Origin: Octopus sinensis
Taxonomy: Eukaryota
Direction of reading: 5' to 3'
DNA: 64,000 nt
NCBI RefSeq assembly: GCF_006345805.1
Contig: NC_043019.1
Location: 3,348,001-3,412,000, forward strand
A program made the translations under genes and the position numbers. Shown here one piece after another: positions 1-12,653 of this stretch (position 1 is its first letter; each line of letters starts with the position of its first letter). The notes beneath the pieces were generated by a model, which was not told the origin of the DNA, ran no database searches, and was given only the letters and a program-made list of their open reading frames with translations.

Positions 1-61
1 GTGATACTAATAACCTGGTATAAAATGCAATACAGTTGTGCTTCTGAATGAAGCATTAGCT

Positions 62-330
62 GAGTCGGTGGCACGTAAAAAGCACCATCCGTATGTGGCA
101 CGTAAAAAACACTGACTGATCGTGGCTGTTGCCAGCCTCCCCTGGCACGTAGAAAGCACCCACTACACTCATGGAGTGGTTGGTGTTAGGAAGGGCATCC
201 AGCTGTAGAAACACTGCTAGATCAGACTGGAGCCTGGTGCAGCCTCCATGGCTTACCAGACCCTGGTCGAACCATCCAGCCCATACTAGCATGGAAAACG
301 GACGTTAAACGATGATGATGATGATGATAT
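62..330 (+). mobile_element. Repeat family D (RTE-type 3' tail ending ggacgttaaac(gat)n); one of >20 copies, e.g. 8565-8815, 15640-16445, 25160-25440, 35485-35885, 37880-38400, 41875-42180, 44320-44575, 51135-51355, 53635-54095, 54640-54892, 57675-57950
   Basis: Near-identical dispersed copies in both orientations, constant 3' end with (GAT)n tail, variable 5' ends. Confidence 0.85.
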
Positions 331-899
331 ATATATATGTAGTGGTTCATGCAGGCATGGTGTGGATTCAATCCTCGATAGCCGAGTTTCACTTAACAGT
401 TCAACTAATTTTCTCACGGAATAAACAATAGTTTTTCTGTGAGTGACAGCAGTTACATTTGCCAGATTCCTTTGCTAAGCAGAATAATGTCTTTACCACT
501 TCTAGGCCACCAAAAGCTAGAATAGAAATAACAGACCACCAACGAAATCTATTGTTTTCAACAATATATCTTACCTTCTAACTAGTTTGGATAGTTATAA
601 ATACAAGAACTCCATAAGCCAAAGCAGTTAGTGAGGACCGAGTCTGGCTGACTGGCTGAACAAAGGGACAACTATGGTAACTCACCAAGGAAGCAGTCAT
701 TTCGTCCTAACACTCTCACTTTCATAATAATAATAACATTGAAAAATACTTTAGGAATGAGAACCCAGGTTCAAAATTTCCCCAAGACACCTGATGAAGG
801 GTGGAGGGTATATCAGCCGAAATGTTGTGTTAACAACAAACAAGACGAGGATAAATATCCATCAAATGTAAATAATGTACATAATTCCTCATCTCTTAA

Positions 900-1905
900 A
901 TATGGAACTGGAAAACTCAGTTTGGCCTCTGCAGCCATGGTGAAGCTGGACATTGTATACAAAAGCAATTCTATTAGTTTTCCAATGAGACTCAAAGTGT
1001 ACAAGTCCCTAATGATTTCGATCCTTCTGTATGATTGCGAGAGCTGGATTTTGCTGCTTGTTTGTTTGTTTGTTTATTGAGTGAAGCAGTCTTCGTCCTG
1101 TCTGTAGTGGGAGAAGTCCGAAACATGGTCCTTTGCTATTCGTAAGACCCACAGAAGAGAAAGCAGGTCAACCCCTGACACAGAAAGCATCGACGGATAG
1201 ATGAATGCGCATCCAGGCTCAGCAGTTGCGTAAGAAGTCGGGGACAAGAAACAGGAAGAAAGAGTGAGCGAAAGAGTACAAGCAGGAAAAAAGTTGGAGC
1301 GAAAGAGTACAACAGGGGTCACCACCACCCCCTGCAGGATCCTCATGGAGCTTTAGGTGTTTTTGCTCAATAAACACACACAACGCCCGATCTGGGAATC
1401 GAAACTGCAATCCTCCGACCGCGAGTCCGCTGCCCTAACCACGGGGCCATTGTACCTCCACGGATTTTGTTGCTGACATGGACTGAAAATCCATGCATTT
1501 CAGCACAAGTGCTTCATAATGCTGCTACAGATCCTGTGCATAGGACACAAAATGAACAGCTTTGTCTAAATAGCAAGTCAACAGATAAACTGGCAGGCAG
1601 AGAGCTCTCCTTGCACAGTTAAAATAAAAAGACAAAAAGCTTGTCTGCTCATTGTCATGTATCCATCCCACCACTACTCTATGTCCAAAACCATCCTTTA
1701 TAGGGCACAGTTGCAGAGTGGAGGTGACGGGGGGAGACTAAGAAAATCTTGGTCAGACACCGTCAAGGACTGGACAGGTCACAACCTCTGCCATGCATGA
1801 CAGAGAAGAGAGACCGATGGTGACAGCTGACTGCAAAAGTGTCGAGAGTGTTAGAATGGCACTCCCAAGGACCAGCTGCACCATTAAAGAGAACTTGATG
1901 ATGGT
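900..1905 (+). mobile_element. Degenerate RTE-BovB-like LINE 3' portion interrupted by SINE-B
   Basis: Translates to KLSLASAAMVKL...LKVYKSLMISILLYDCESW and, after the insertion, ...RKSWSDTVKDWTG; many stops; (GAT)n-like tail. Confidence 0.75.
1059..1461 (-). mobile_element. tRNA-derived SINE-B, full length, 13-bp TSD
   Basis: A/B-box head at 1461, (CAAA)n tail; TSD ggattttgYtgct at 1046-1058 and 1462-1474. Confidence 0.9.
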
Positions 1906-2029
1906 GTATGTGTGTGTATATATATATATGTATGTATATATATGATCATATCGAAGGGAAATGGAAATTAATAGAAATTTTCACTTCCCGTGGCCTAACG
2001 TGTAAAAGTTTAGTCCAAAGACTATGTAT

Positions 2030-2335
2030 TAGTCATAAAATACAGTGTACATTTATAGACATAAGAGGAATCCACTCATGAAATTCATCACACTAGAAAG
2101 AACAGCTAGGTTCTGTAACCACAAAATTAGGGATAAAATTTGACAGGAACGAAGTGAAAAAATAAAACCATTTTACCAGGAAATTAGATGGTAAAATGTT
2201 TTTATTTTTTCATTTCGTTCCTGTCGAATTTTATCCCTAATTTTGTGGTTATGGAACCTAGCTGTTCTTTCTAGTGTGTTGAATGCCACGAGTGGATTCC
2301 TTATGTGTTTAAATGTACACTGTATTTTATGATTA
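2030..2335. repeat. Long inverted repeat (about 148-bp arms, 10-nt loop 2179-2188)
   Basis: Arms are reverse complements with scattered mismatches. Confidence 0.9.
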
Positions 2336-2420
2336 TATATATATATATACACACACACATACAAGCTTTGTGAGTGGATTTGGTTGACAGAAACTTAAAG
2401 AAGCCTGTTCTATATGTATG

Positions 2421-2459
<39 letters not shown>

Positions 2460-2998
2460 TAACAAAACTCTCTGACAAACGGGAATGTGAAACTCTGAGT
2501 AACAGTTTTTATGATATTTCTACTGCTTTTAATAAAGCATATTACTCTACCTCTGGTATTTGAGTACTCCTTTTTCCATCTTGTTTCACATTTATGTGCT
2601 TACTGTGGTATATATATATATATATACACACACATACACATGTTTGATTTAATTTGTGGTGGAGAATAAAGCTAAAATTACTGAGAATGCCAGACGGTGT
2701 GTATAGAACCAGTGAAAAAATGTGTGTATGTATATATATATATATAGTTAGTGGGGAAATGTGTGTACGTATGTATAACAAATGACAAACAAATGGAGAT
2801 CTATATTTGCTTCAATTGTTACGTTAGAGATTTATTCAGTGTAGTCATAAGACATTACATCATATTTCACAAAACTCCAACTGCATCAGTGAGTGAGAAA
2901 AAGCGTGTGTGTGTGTGTGTGCGCATTTGTGTATGTACGTATGTATGTATGTATGTAAGTATATATGCATACACACATGCTTACATACTCTTTACTCT

Positions 2999-4770
2999 CT
3001 TACTTGTTTCAGTCATTTGACTGTGGCCATGCTGGAGCACCGCCTTTAGTCGAGCAAATCGACCCCAGGACTTCTTCTTTGTAAGCCTAGTACTTATTCT
3101 ATCAGTCTCTTACTTGTTCGGTCATTTGACTGGGGCCATGCTGGAGCACCGCCTTTAGTCGAGCAATCGACCCCAGGACTTCTTCTTTGTAAGCTAGTAC
3201 TTATTCTATCAGTCTCATTTACTTGTTTCAGTCATTTGACTGTGGCCATGCTGGAGCACCGCCTTTAGTCGAGCAAATCGACCCCAGGACTTCTTCTTTG
3301 TAAGCCTAGTAACTATTCTATCAGTCTCATTACTTGTTTCAGTCATTTGACTGTGGCCATGCTGGAGCACCGCCTTAGTCGAGCAAATCGACCCCAGGAC
3401 TTCTTCTTGTAAGCTAGTACTTATTCTATCAGTCTCTTTTACTTGTTTCAGTCATTTGACTGTGGCCATGCTGGAGCACCGCCTTTAGTCGAGCAAATCG
3501 ACCCCAGGACTCTTCTTTGTAAGCCTAGTACTTATTCTATCAGTCTCTTTTACTTGTTTCAGTCATTTGACTGTGGCCATGCTGGAGCACCGCCTTTAGT
3601 CGAGCAAATCGACCCCAGGACTTCTTCTTTGTAAGCCTAGTACTTATTCTATCAGTCTCTTTTACTTGTTTCAGTCATTTAACTGTGGCCATGCTGGAGC
3701 ACCGCCTTTAGTCGAGCAAATCGACCCCAGGACTTCTTCTTTGTAAGCCTAGTACTTATTCTATCAGTCTCTTTTACTTGTTTCAGTCATTTGACTGTGG
3801 CCATGCTGGAGCACCGCCTTTAGTCGAGCAAATCGACCCCAGGACTTCTTCTTTGTAAGCCTAGTACTTATTCTATCAGTCTCTTTTACTTGTTTCAGTC
3901 ATTTGACTGTGGCCATGCTGGAGCACCGCCTTTAGTCGCAAATCGACCCCAGGACTTCTTCTTTGTAAGCCTAGTACTTATTCTATCAGTCTCTTTACTT
4001 GTTTCAGTCATTTGACTGTGGCCATGCTGGAGCACGCCTTTAGTCGAGCAAATCGACCCCAGGACTTCTTCTTTGTAAGCCTAGTACTTATTCTATCAGT
4101 CTCTTTTACTTGTTTCAGTCATTTGACTGTGGCCATGCTGGAGCACCGCCTTTAGTCGAGCAAATCGACCCCAGGACTTCTTCTTTGTAAGCCTAGTACT
4201 TATTCTATCAGTCTCTTTTACTTGTTTCAGTCATTTGACTGTGGCCATGCTGGAGCACCGCCTTTAGTCGAGCAAATCGACCCCAGGACTTCTTCTTTGT
4301 AAGCCTAGTACTTATTCTATCAGTCTCATTTACTTGTTTCGGTCATTTGACTGTGGCCATGCTGGAGCACCGCCTTTAGTCGAGCAAATCGACCCCAGGA
4401 CTTATTCTTTGTAAGCCTAGTACTTATTCTATCAGTCTCATTACTTGTTTCGGTCATTTGACTGTGGCCATGCTGGAGCACCGCCTTTAGTCGAGCAAAT
4501 CGACCCCAGGACTTATTCTTTGTAAGCCTAGTAATTATTCTATCAGTCTCTTACTTGTTTCAGTCATTTGACTGTGGCCATGCTGGAGCACCATCTTTAG
4601 TCAAGCAAATCGACCCCAGGACTTCTTCTTTGTAAGCCTAGTACTTATTCTATCAGTCTCTTTTACTTGTTTCAGTCATTTGACTGTGGCCATGCTGGAG
4701 CACCACCTTTAGTCGAGCAAATCGACCCCAGGACTTCTTCTTTGTAAGCCTAGTACTTATTCTATCGGTC
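2999..4770 (-). repeat. Tandem array of 16 x ~111-bp units derived from the SINE-A 3' end
   Basis: Unit starts near 3000, 3110, 3220 ... 4663; the sequence equals the reverse complement of the SINE-A tail. Confidence 0.95.
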
Positions 4771-4869
4771 TTACATCCTGTATTGCATTCATGAGGTTCC
4801 ATCCACACGCAACATCCGTGCTACATTCTTCCATCGGTCTTCAAACATTTTCACAGTCAGGCATTTTCT

Positions 4870-5713
4870 CTCTAGCCCTATTTTCCTTTTAAGGTGAAAG
4901 GTGAAGTAATTCACCAATTCAGGGCCATATACACAGTAGCTTGAACTTGCGTTATGTTCAGGTTAAGGGATGCTGTTCATATTACAGTAAGAAAATGCCT
5001 AAGGGTGTTAAATGCTTCCTCTTACATTTCCGGGTACCCCCACCGCTAATAGCAGCAGGCACTTTGAATCAGATTTACCTAATTTGTAAGAGCGTTTTTG
5101 TACAGCTGGTGCAAATTCTTGTGTGAACCATTCTGTGAGCAAGTGTTGATTCGTCCATCTGTTTTTTGAAGAATAATATGATACTAGTAAAGGTGAAACT
5201 CCTTTCAATGCTCGGGGACACTTAGATTTACCAATGACAAGAAGCTTCAGTTTGTGAGTTCCAGAAGCATTAGCACATACCATCACTGTAAGTCTCCCTT
5301 TATTTAATTTGAATCCCTTTATTTTCTGCTCCTCTGATCCAGCTAAAGTTTTTGTGGGTAATTATTTCCAATTTATACCAGATTTATCAGCATTGTAAAT
5401 ATTATCTGGTGTTAAAGTGGAGGCACATGGCCTAATGGTTAGAGCAACGGTTTCGGCGGTCGAGGGATCGCGGGTTCGAATCTCAAACCGGACGATGTGT
5501 GTGTTTATGAGCGAAACACTTAAGCTCCACGCGGCTCCGGCAGAAGGTAATGGCAAAACTTCTGACTCTTTCGCCACAAGTTTCTCTCACTCTTTCCTCC
5601 TGCATCTTGCAGCTCACCTGTGACGGACCGGCATCCCGTCCAGGTGGGGAGCCTATACGCCAAGAAACCGGGAAACCGGCCCTTATGAGACAGGCATGGC
5701 TCGAGAAGGAACA

Positions 5714-5760
<47 letters not shown>

Positions 5761-6750
5761 TGTTAAAGCATAATCCTCAATTATCTTTTTGAATTTTTCA
5801 CAATAAGTTGCCGCTGAGAGCGTATCACCTGAACATTGTTCACCTGACATTGTTAATTGGCATGTGTCATGTCTACTCTTAAAACTCCTAAACCAGCCTC
5901 AGCTGAATTTCATATCCCTTGTGCTATTCTACTCTTTCTTACGAGACTTTGCTTTAACAAGTAGCATTGGTCCCGATAGTGCTATACCTTCATTTCACTT
6001 TGATAAAACCCATTCATGTAATATTTTATCAAATTCAACTTGCTTTGGTACACGAAGGGTCCTCCTTTTAATTTGTCTTCTTTTATTCTCAGAGAGAGGA
6101 GGAGCAGCATTCAATATTTCCTCCTTGTTCTTTTGGATGTAGAACAGTGTGCTCCTTCCAATCTTATAGTTCGTTCGTTTATTGGCCACAAGGGTTAACA
6201 AAAATCAGTTAAAACATAAAGGGACAAAACACAGGACGAAAGTTACAAAGGGTTTTGTCCGTTTGAAAAAAGTCTGTGTACAAAAGCAGGATAACAACGA
6301 AATATAAGTAACAATTAAAACTCCCAATAGGGGGAGGCGCTTCGAAAGGTTACTCATGGAAAACCCATGAAAGCCACGGGAGCCTGGTCAAAAGTGGGGT
6401 CTTTCTGTATATCGCTATTTGCAATTCCTGTATCTAATTTTTCTAGAATTTGACGTTTTCAAAGTAACGTTAGCGTAACTTGTTTTCTTTTAAAAATTAT
6501 ATGCCATTATGATTGAGGTTACTTTACATTGTTTTCAACACAATAAGGTAGTCTGAAAAGAAGCAGAATATACAGTCAGTGGGAATTATCATTTGTTAAC
6601 CTACATCAATTACACAATACCTGGATTAGTATTTCAGTACAATACCTGACTAAGACTATTTAAACTATTTCAATGCATTGAATATACAAATAAAATTTGA
6701 GTTATGAAAAAAGTCCAAGTTTAGAGGAAGTCCAAATTAGAGGAGTTCTA
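4870..6750 (-). mobile_element. Degenerate pogo/Tigger-family transposase remnant (interrupted by SINE-B, (TA)n and another repeat)
   Basis: CANASGTHKLKLLVIGKSKCPRALKG...WFTQEFAPAV (DDE_1-like, 5008-5286) and CENP-B/psq HTH-like segment (5995-6170); TIR-like end near 6748. Confidence 0.75.
5418..5712 (+). mobile_element. SINE-B variant with a different 3' tail
   Basis: Head ggcctaatggttaga...gggttcgaatctc; body shared with 1059-1461 up to ctcactctttc, then diverges. Confidence 0.8.
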
Positions 6751-6769
6751 CTCTATGTGTATATATGTG

Positions 6770-6806
<37 letters not shown>

Positions 6807-7639
6807 AAAATGAGGGTGAAAAAATTGGATATTAATTTAATAACATCAATTTAACACCAGTGGTTTAGCGCGCTCGCTTACGTTCATGGTGTGCTAAATT
6901 TTTCTTGAGAACAATTCTTAGTGGTTGAGACTCATGCGAATCTCTTTTTAGCGTAAGGGCGTCCACATAGTGGATTCTCTCTCATATTTTTATATATATA
7001 TATCACCGTGACCGACCAGGCTATCAGATGTTGCTACACATCACTGGTCACAATGCACTTTGCATTGTTTTAGCCTTCAAATGATGCCACCCCGCTGGCT
7101 AAGCGAGCAGGCCAGTATATATATATAATAATTATTTGAGGGAATATTAATCCTAACTTACAGGGAAAAAATTCAGTTATATATGTTTTTATTATTTTCT
7201 TAAGTTTTTGCAATTTACTTAATCATCGGTATTTTATTGTTATTTTAATTTTAATATTTCTATTATATGTAATTTTCTAGATGGTGTAATTTAATTGTTC
7301 ATTTTGAATTGATAGAGTGTTTTTTTCTAATTTTTATATATATATGTGTATATATATGTGTGTGTGTGTATATATATATATACAGAAACACACAGCTAGT
7401 AAAATAGGAATTTAGTTTGGCAGGTTTACCATTGTACATATGTGAGTGTCATTCCCCATATCAGATCATTCAGTGGACTTCTTTTGTCAAACCATAAAAG
7501 CATATTTAACACAAACATAAAAGCATTTAATGCACTTTGCTTTTGAAAGGGTAGAGCAAGATGTGGCTGCTATTTCACATTCTGTATGACTTCAGATGCA
7601 CCACCCAGTCATGCACTTCATTCAGTTCCTATGTATAAA

Positions 7640-8198
7640 TATCACCGTGACCGACCAGGTTATCAGATGTTGCTACACATCGCTGGTCACAATGTGCTTC
7701 CCATTGTTTTAGCCTTCAAGTGACGCCACCCTGCTGGCTAAGCGAGCAGGCCAACAGAAGAAAGAGTGAGAGAAAGTTGTGGCGAAAGAATACAGCAGGG
7801 ATCGCCCCCACCCGCTGCTGGATCTTGTGGAGCTTTAGCTGTTTTCGCTCAATAAATACTCACAACGCCCGGTCTGGGAATCGAAAACGCAATCCTACGA
7901 CCGCGAGTCTGCTGCCCTAACCACTAGGCCATTGCGCCTCCACACACACACACACACATATATGTGGAGGTGCAATGGCCTAGTGGTTAGGGCAGCGGAC
8001 TCGCGGTTGTAGGATCGCGGTTTCGATTGCCAGACCGGGCGTTGTGAGTGTTTGTTGAGCGCTACCACCCCCTGTCGGAGCCTCGTGGAGCTTTAGGTGT
8101 TTTCACTCAATAAACACTCACAATGCCCGGTCTGGGAATCGAAACAGCGATCCTACAACCACGAGTCCACTGCCCTAACCACTGGGCCATTGCGCCTC
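7640..8198. mobile_element. Cluster of three SINE-B pieces: 7640-7944(-), 7963-8061(+), 8063-8198(-); partial tail copy at 7004-7113
   Basis: Shared head ggaggYgcaatggcctagtggttagggcag. Confidence 0.85.
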
Positions 8199-8329
8199 CT
8201 TTGTATAAATATGTTAATACAAATATATTCAGTGAAGGTCAGTTTGCAAGCGCTTGATTTCCGGTTCATTCCCACCTTGTAAAAATGTCTTCTACTATCA
8301 CCCCAGATCAACCAATTCCTTCTGGGTGA

Positions 8330-9195
8330 ATTTGGGAGATGGAAACTGTGTGGAACCAAAGTGAGGGTTGGCAATGAGTGCAGCAATGAATTCAGTGTGA
8401 AGTTAGGAGTTCACCTAGGATCAGTTCTCAGCCCCCTCTTGTTTATCTTTGTCCTCCAGGTCTTAACAGGGAAATTCAAGATGGCTACCCCTGGGAGCTC
8501 CTCTACATGTATGACTTTGTTCTTACAGCTGAATCACTACTTGAGCACCATACGAGCGTGATCATTGACAGAGCGGCTAACCGGCTTCTGTGCCAGTGGC
8601 ATGTAAAAGGGCACCATTCAAGCCTGATCATTGCCAACGTCACCTTACTGGCACCTGTTCTGGTGGCATATGTAAAAGGATTCAAGCGAGGTCATTGCCA
8701 GTACTGCCTGACTGGCCCCCGTGCCGGTGGCATGTAAAAAGCAGCCATTACACTCTCGGAGTGGTTGGCATTAGGAAGGGCATCCAGCTGTAGAAACACT
8801 GCCAAATCAAGGCCTCGAATCTAAGGGTCTTACTGTTAATTTAACAAAAGCCAAAGTCCTAGTCAGTAGGAAAACAGGCTAATCCGAAGTCTCTTCATGG
8901 AGATGGCCTTGCTCAATATGAAGGGTGTTGGTAGAAACTCCATATGTTGTACCCAGTTCAGATTTTGGATACATAAGAGGTGTAGCAGTATCACAGGAAG
9001 GTTAACAGAGAAAATAGTCAGTGTGTAGGGCAAATGTGCAAATACAGTAAGCACTAAAAGTGCATAAGCAGTAGACTCCCTCAAATGCTTGGTGGGATCA
9101 TTAGAAGTTGTAGACAGCTTCTGTTACCTAGGCAACCAAGTCAGCAGTAGAGGAGGAAGTTCTAAAAGTGTAGTTGGTAGAATAGGAACAGGTTG
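8330..9195 (+). mobile_element. Degenerate RTE-clade LINE ORF fragment (RT C-terminal half), interrupted by family D
   Basis: RVGNECSNEFSVKLGVHLGSVLSPLLFIFVL; KGVGRNSICCTQ..WIHKRCS; LEVVDSFCYLG; stops and frameshifts. Confidence 0.8.
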
Positions 9196-9204
9196 GTAGA
9201 ATAG

Positions 9205-9421
9205 GCGGCAAGCTGGCGGAAACAGCGCGCCGGGCGAAATGCTTTTGTCTGCCGTTACATTCTGAGTTCAAATTTCACCGAGGTCGACTTTGCCTTTCAT
9301 CCTTTCGGGGTCAATAAATAAAGTACCAGTTACGTACTGGGGTCGATGTAATCGACTTAATCCGTTTGTCTGTCCTTGTTTGTCCACTCTATGTTTAGCC
9401 CCTTGTGGGTAGTAAAGAAAT
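9205..9421 (+). mobile_element. SINE-C monomer; other copies at 16612-17020(-), 23490-24100(+), 25572-25803(-), 27995-28210(-), 34049-34460(+), 36363-36590(+), 40359-40938(+), 55500-55685(-)
   Basis: Head ggcggcgagctggcagaa...gagttcaaattcc (B box), core gactttgcctttcatcctttcggggtcga, tail gccccttgtgggtagtaaagaaata. Confidence 0.9.
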
Positions 9422-10140
9422 ATATATATATATATGTATATATTGATATGAATGTGTGTGTTTGTACATATATGTATACTCACACATACATTTATACACA
9501 CGCACACACACAATATTTATATAAATATGTGTACATATGTATTTGTGTGTGTCTATGTTTTTTCCACCACCCATTTCTGCTTGTTTGCATCCCTGTAACT
9601 GAGCTATTTGCCAAATGGAGACCAATAAAATACGTTTCATTATATAAAAAAAAAACAAAGGACAATGCAGAGAGTTCATGATTTAATGAGGCTCTTGAGT
9701 TTGTTTTGATTCCACCAAGCTTTTAAGTATAGAAAGATAATTAGTGACTGTGATTAATTATGACCTAATTGTTGGTTTTTACCAGTTTCTCTTTCAACAC
9801 ATGTCACTGAATTCATTCTGTCACTTTCAGCTTTTGTTTTGTTAATTTTATTTATTTTATTTATTTATCTTTTTTTTTTTTACATTATGATGAGTAATGT
9901 AAAGCCAAAGTTTAAATAACAAAAAATAAACAAAAAACAAAACAAAAAGAAATATGTTTAATGACTGGAAATAGGCGCAGGCATGGCTGTGTGGTAAGGA
10001 GCTTGCTTCCCAACCACATGGTTCTGGGTTCAGTCCCTCTGCATGGCACCCATGGACAAGTGTCTTCTATTGTAGCATCAGGCCAACCAAAGCCTTTGGA
10101 ATGCATTTGGTAGACTGAAAGTGAAAGAAGTGTATGTGTG

Positions 10141-10179
<39 letters not shown>

Positions 10180-10541
10180 AATTAGGGTATCTAGGAGATA
10201 CTACCATGCTGAAAATAGCATCCATGAACCGACTCTAAAACCACCATAAGTTTTCATATAGCAACATGGAGAAAAGACAAAGAGGCAAGATGAAACTAGT
10301 AAAAAATTACTGGATAATTCCAGATCCCGGATTTCTGGCTTTGCATGTAGAAATGCTTTGCCTCGTCAGTAGAATACACTCAGAAAGAAACATAAATACA
10401 TATATATATGTGGTGCTATTAAGTTAGACATGGCCTGGGCCAATAATGGCCGAAACCTATCAAAGTATCAAAGTATATATATATATATAAAACACAACAT
10501 ACGAATACTTACATATACAAACGTATACATACATATATATA

Positions 10542-10601
<60 letters not shown>

Positions 10602-12032
10602 ATATTTCGGAATGGTCATTTTGCCAGTTTAGCCAATATATATATATATATATATATATACACGAATGTATACATACATATATGTAAATTTATATAAATA
10701 AATTAATGGAGTTGAACAAAGATGTTATTAAAATTCTTTTATTGAATTTTCCATGTTAACGGTAAACAAAGGATAATTCATTCATCCATTTAAATATAAA
10801 TTTATATATATATATATATATATCTGTGTGTGTGTGTGTCTTTGTGTATGTTTGTTCCCTGCCACTGCTTGACAACAGGTGTTGGTGTGTTTACATCCCT
10901 ATAACTTAGCTGTTTGGCAAAAGGGACTAATAGAATAAGTACCAGTCTTAAAAAAAAATAAACACTACGGTTGATTTGTTTGACTAAAAATTCTTCAAAG
11001 TGGTGCCCCAGTATGGCCCCAGTCTTACGACTGAAACAAGTAATGGGAATATGTATATGTGTATATATATATATGGGGGGTAGGGGCAGTGTCTGTGTTT
11101 GTCCACTACCACCGCTTGACAACTGGTGTTAATGTATTTACGTTCCCATAACTTAGTGATTCGGCAAAAGAGACTGATAGAATAAGCACTAGGGTTTCTA
11201 AAGAAGAAGTCCTGGGGGTCATCTTGTTTGACTAAGTCCCTTAAAGGTAGGGCCCCAGCATGGCTGCGGTCAAAAGGCTGAAGCCTTGTGGCTGGGAAGC
11301 AAGCTTCTTCTGCACATAGCCATTATTCTTTGCATCATTTTTATACTTCCTTTTTTTTGGGCAAGGCTTGTTGACCCCAGTATTCTGTAGCTGGGAATGA
11401 AAGATTCCTCGTGAACATGTCGTAAGTCTGCATACAAAGGTTCCAGTAGGAGAATGGGGCTTGTGGGGCTGGAGCGTAACCCATCTCTCTGCTTCATTTC
11501 ACATTTGTATTTCATCCTTGTTGTATCTCATTCAATTTCATTCGATTTCATTATATTTTGTAAAATTCTAAAAGTCATATAATCATTGTGTGTCTGACCC
11601 CTAATCAGGCTGTATTGTCCCCCTTCTATGTTTGGGCCCTTGTGGCTAATAAAGAAATTGGATGTCCATTCTGTTGCCATCCTTCACTTGTTTCCAAGTA
11701 AGATGCTATTTTCTTGTTTCCAAATGACAAACTTCTTTAATGGCCAGAAAATATTTTCTCCACGTGTAAACAACAACAACAACAACACCGTCTGAAGCTC
11801 ATTAACAGTAACAAAATACAAACATGAAGGCACAAACACACATACATGCACACGTGCATGCATGCGCACACATGCACAAACATGTAGTAGGCTTCCTTAC
11901 AATTTCCATCTCCCAGTTTCTGTCATAAAAGACATTCTAAGAGTGCTGTGTGGCAGGATTGAACCAGAAACTGAATTTACAAATTGGTCTTCTTAACCAC
12001 TTAAGCATATCTATTGCACCACATTTCCTTAA

Positions 12033-12629
12033 CCCTTTAGTGTTCATATTACTCTCTCAAATGTTGTGTTTATTATATCACTTTATTCTATACTAGCACT
12101 ATGACCCAGCAACGCCGGGTCATAGTGCTAGTGCATGCATATACAGCTGCATGCGTGGGCACATACACGCGAGTACTGTCCAAATCTCCGACCAATCACA
12201 TACAGCTAGCTGGCATTCAATTGGCGTATCAAGTTTTGGGCATTTTGATTGGGTTTTGGATAGAAAATTCACAAAAAAGTCACTTCTATTGATTTTTTAA
12301 TGGCTTTGCAGGGTGACTGGGGAAATGTAAAGATGTGCACGACCACCCTTGGACGGTTTTTAATGACCATAGAAAGTGCGAGCACTCTAACTGAAAAATT
12401 GTGGATTTGTATAAAGGACATGCACACACACACACACCCAGACATTTTGCCGTTTATATATAGAGAGATTACTCATGCATTATCTTGCAGCTTCGAGATT
12501 TCAATGATGTGATTGTTTATTCTTAAAATGGAGATTGTAGGGTAGGTGTGAGAAGCTAGATTTAGCCACTTTGATCATAAAACAGGTTGAATATTTGGGC
12601 CAGATATGGCCAGTTTAAATGCTATAAGG
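12033..12629. mobile_element. piggyBac-like MITE (TTAA|ccc...gg|TTAA) carrying a nested Helitron
   Basis: TTAA at 12029-32 and 12630-33; same family as 25997-26219. Confidence 0.65.
12093..12468 (-). mobile_element. Non-autonomous Helitron family E; other copies at 22406-22750(-), 49857-50223(+), 56569-56932(-)
   Basis: 5' TC, 3' hairpin plus CTAG, inserted between A and T, no TSD. Confidence 0.8.
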
Positions 12630-12653
12630 TTAAGTGACATATCTTACTAAACA

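Noticed and set aside
3443-3634. Recurrent [14 protein letters not shown]..., [11 protein letters not shown]... and [14 protein letters not shown]... ORFs
   Set aside because: These are antisense or chance translations of SINE-A, family D and Helitron E copies.
3350-4045. Single-base dropouts distinguishing array units
   Set aside because: They may be long-read indel errors, so they were not used as biological variants.
2999-4770. CRISPR-like array
   Set aside because: Units are head-to-tail with no unique spacers and match a SINE tail; eukaryotic context.
5418-5495. tRNA gene (also heads at 7963, 34708, 48270)
   Set aside because: A/B boxes are present but there is no closed acceptor stem or terminator; the sequence continues into a SINE body.
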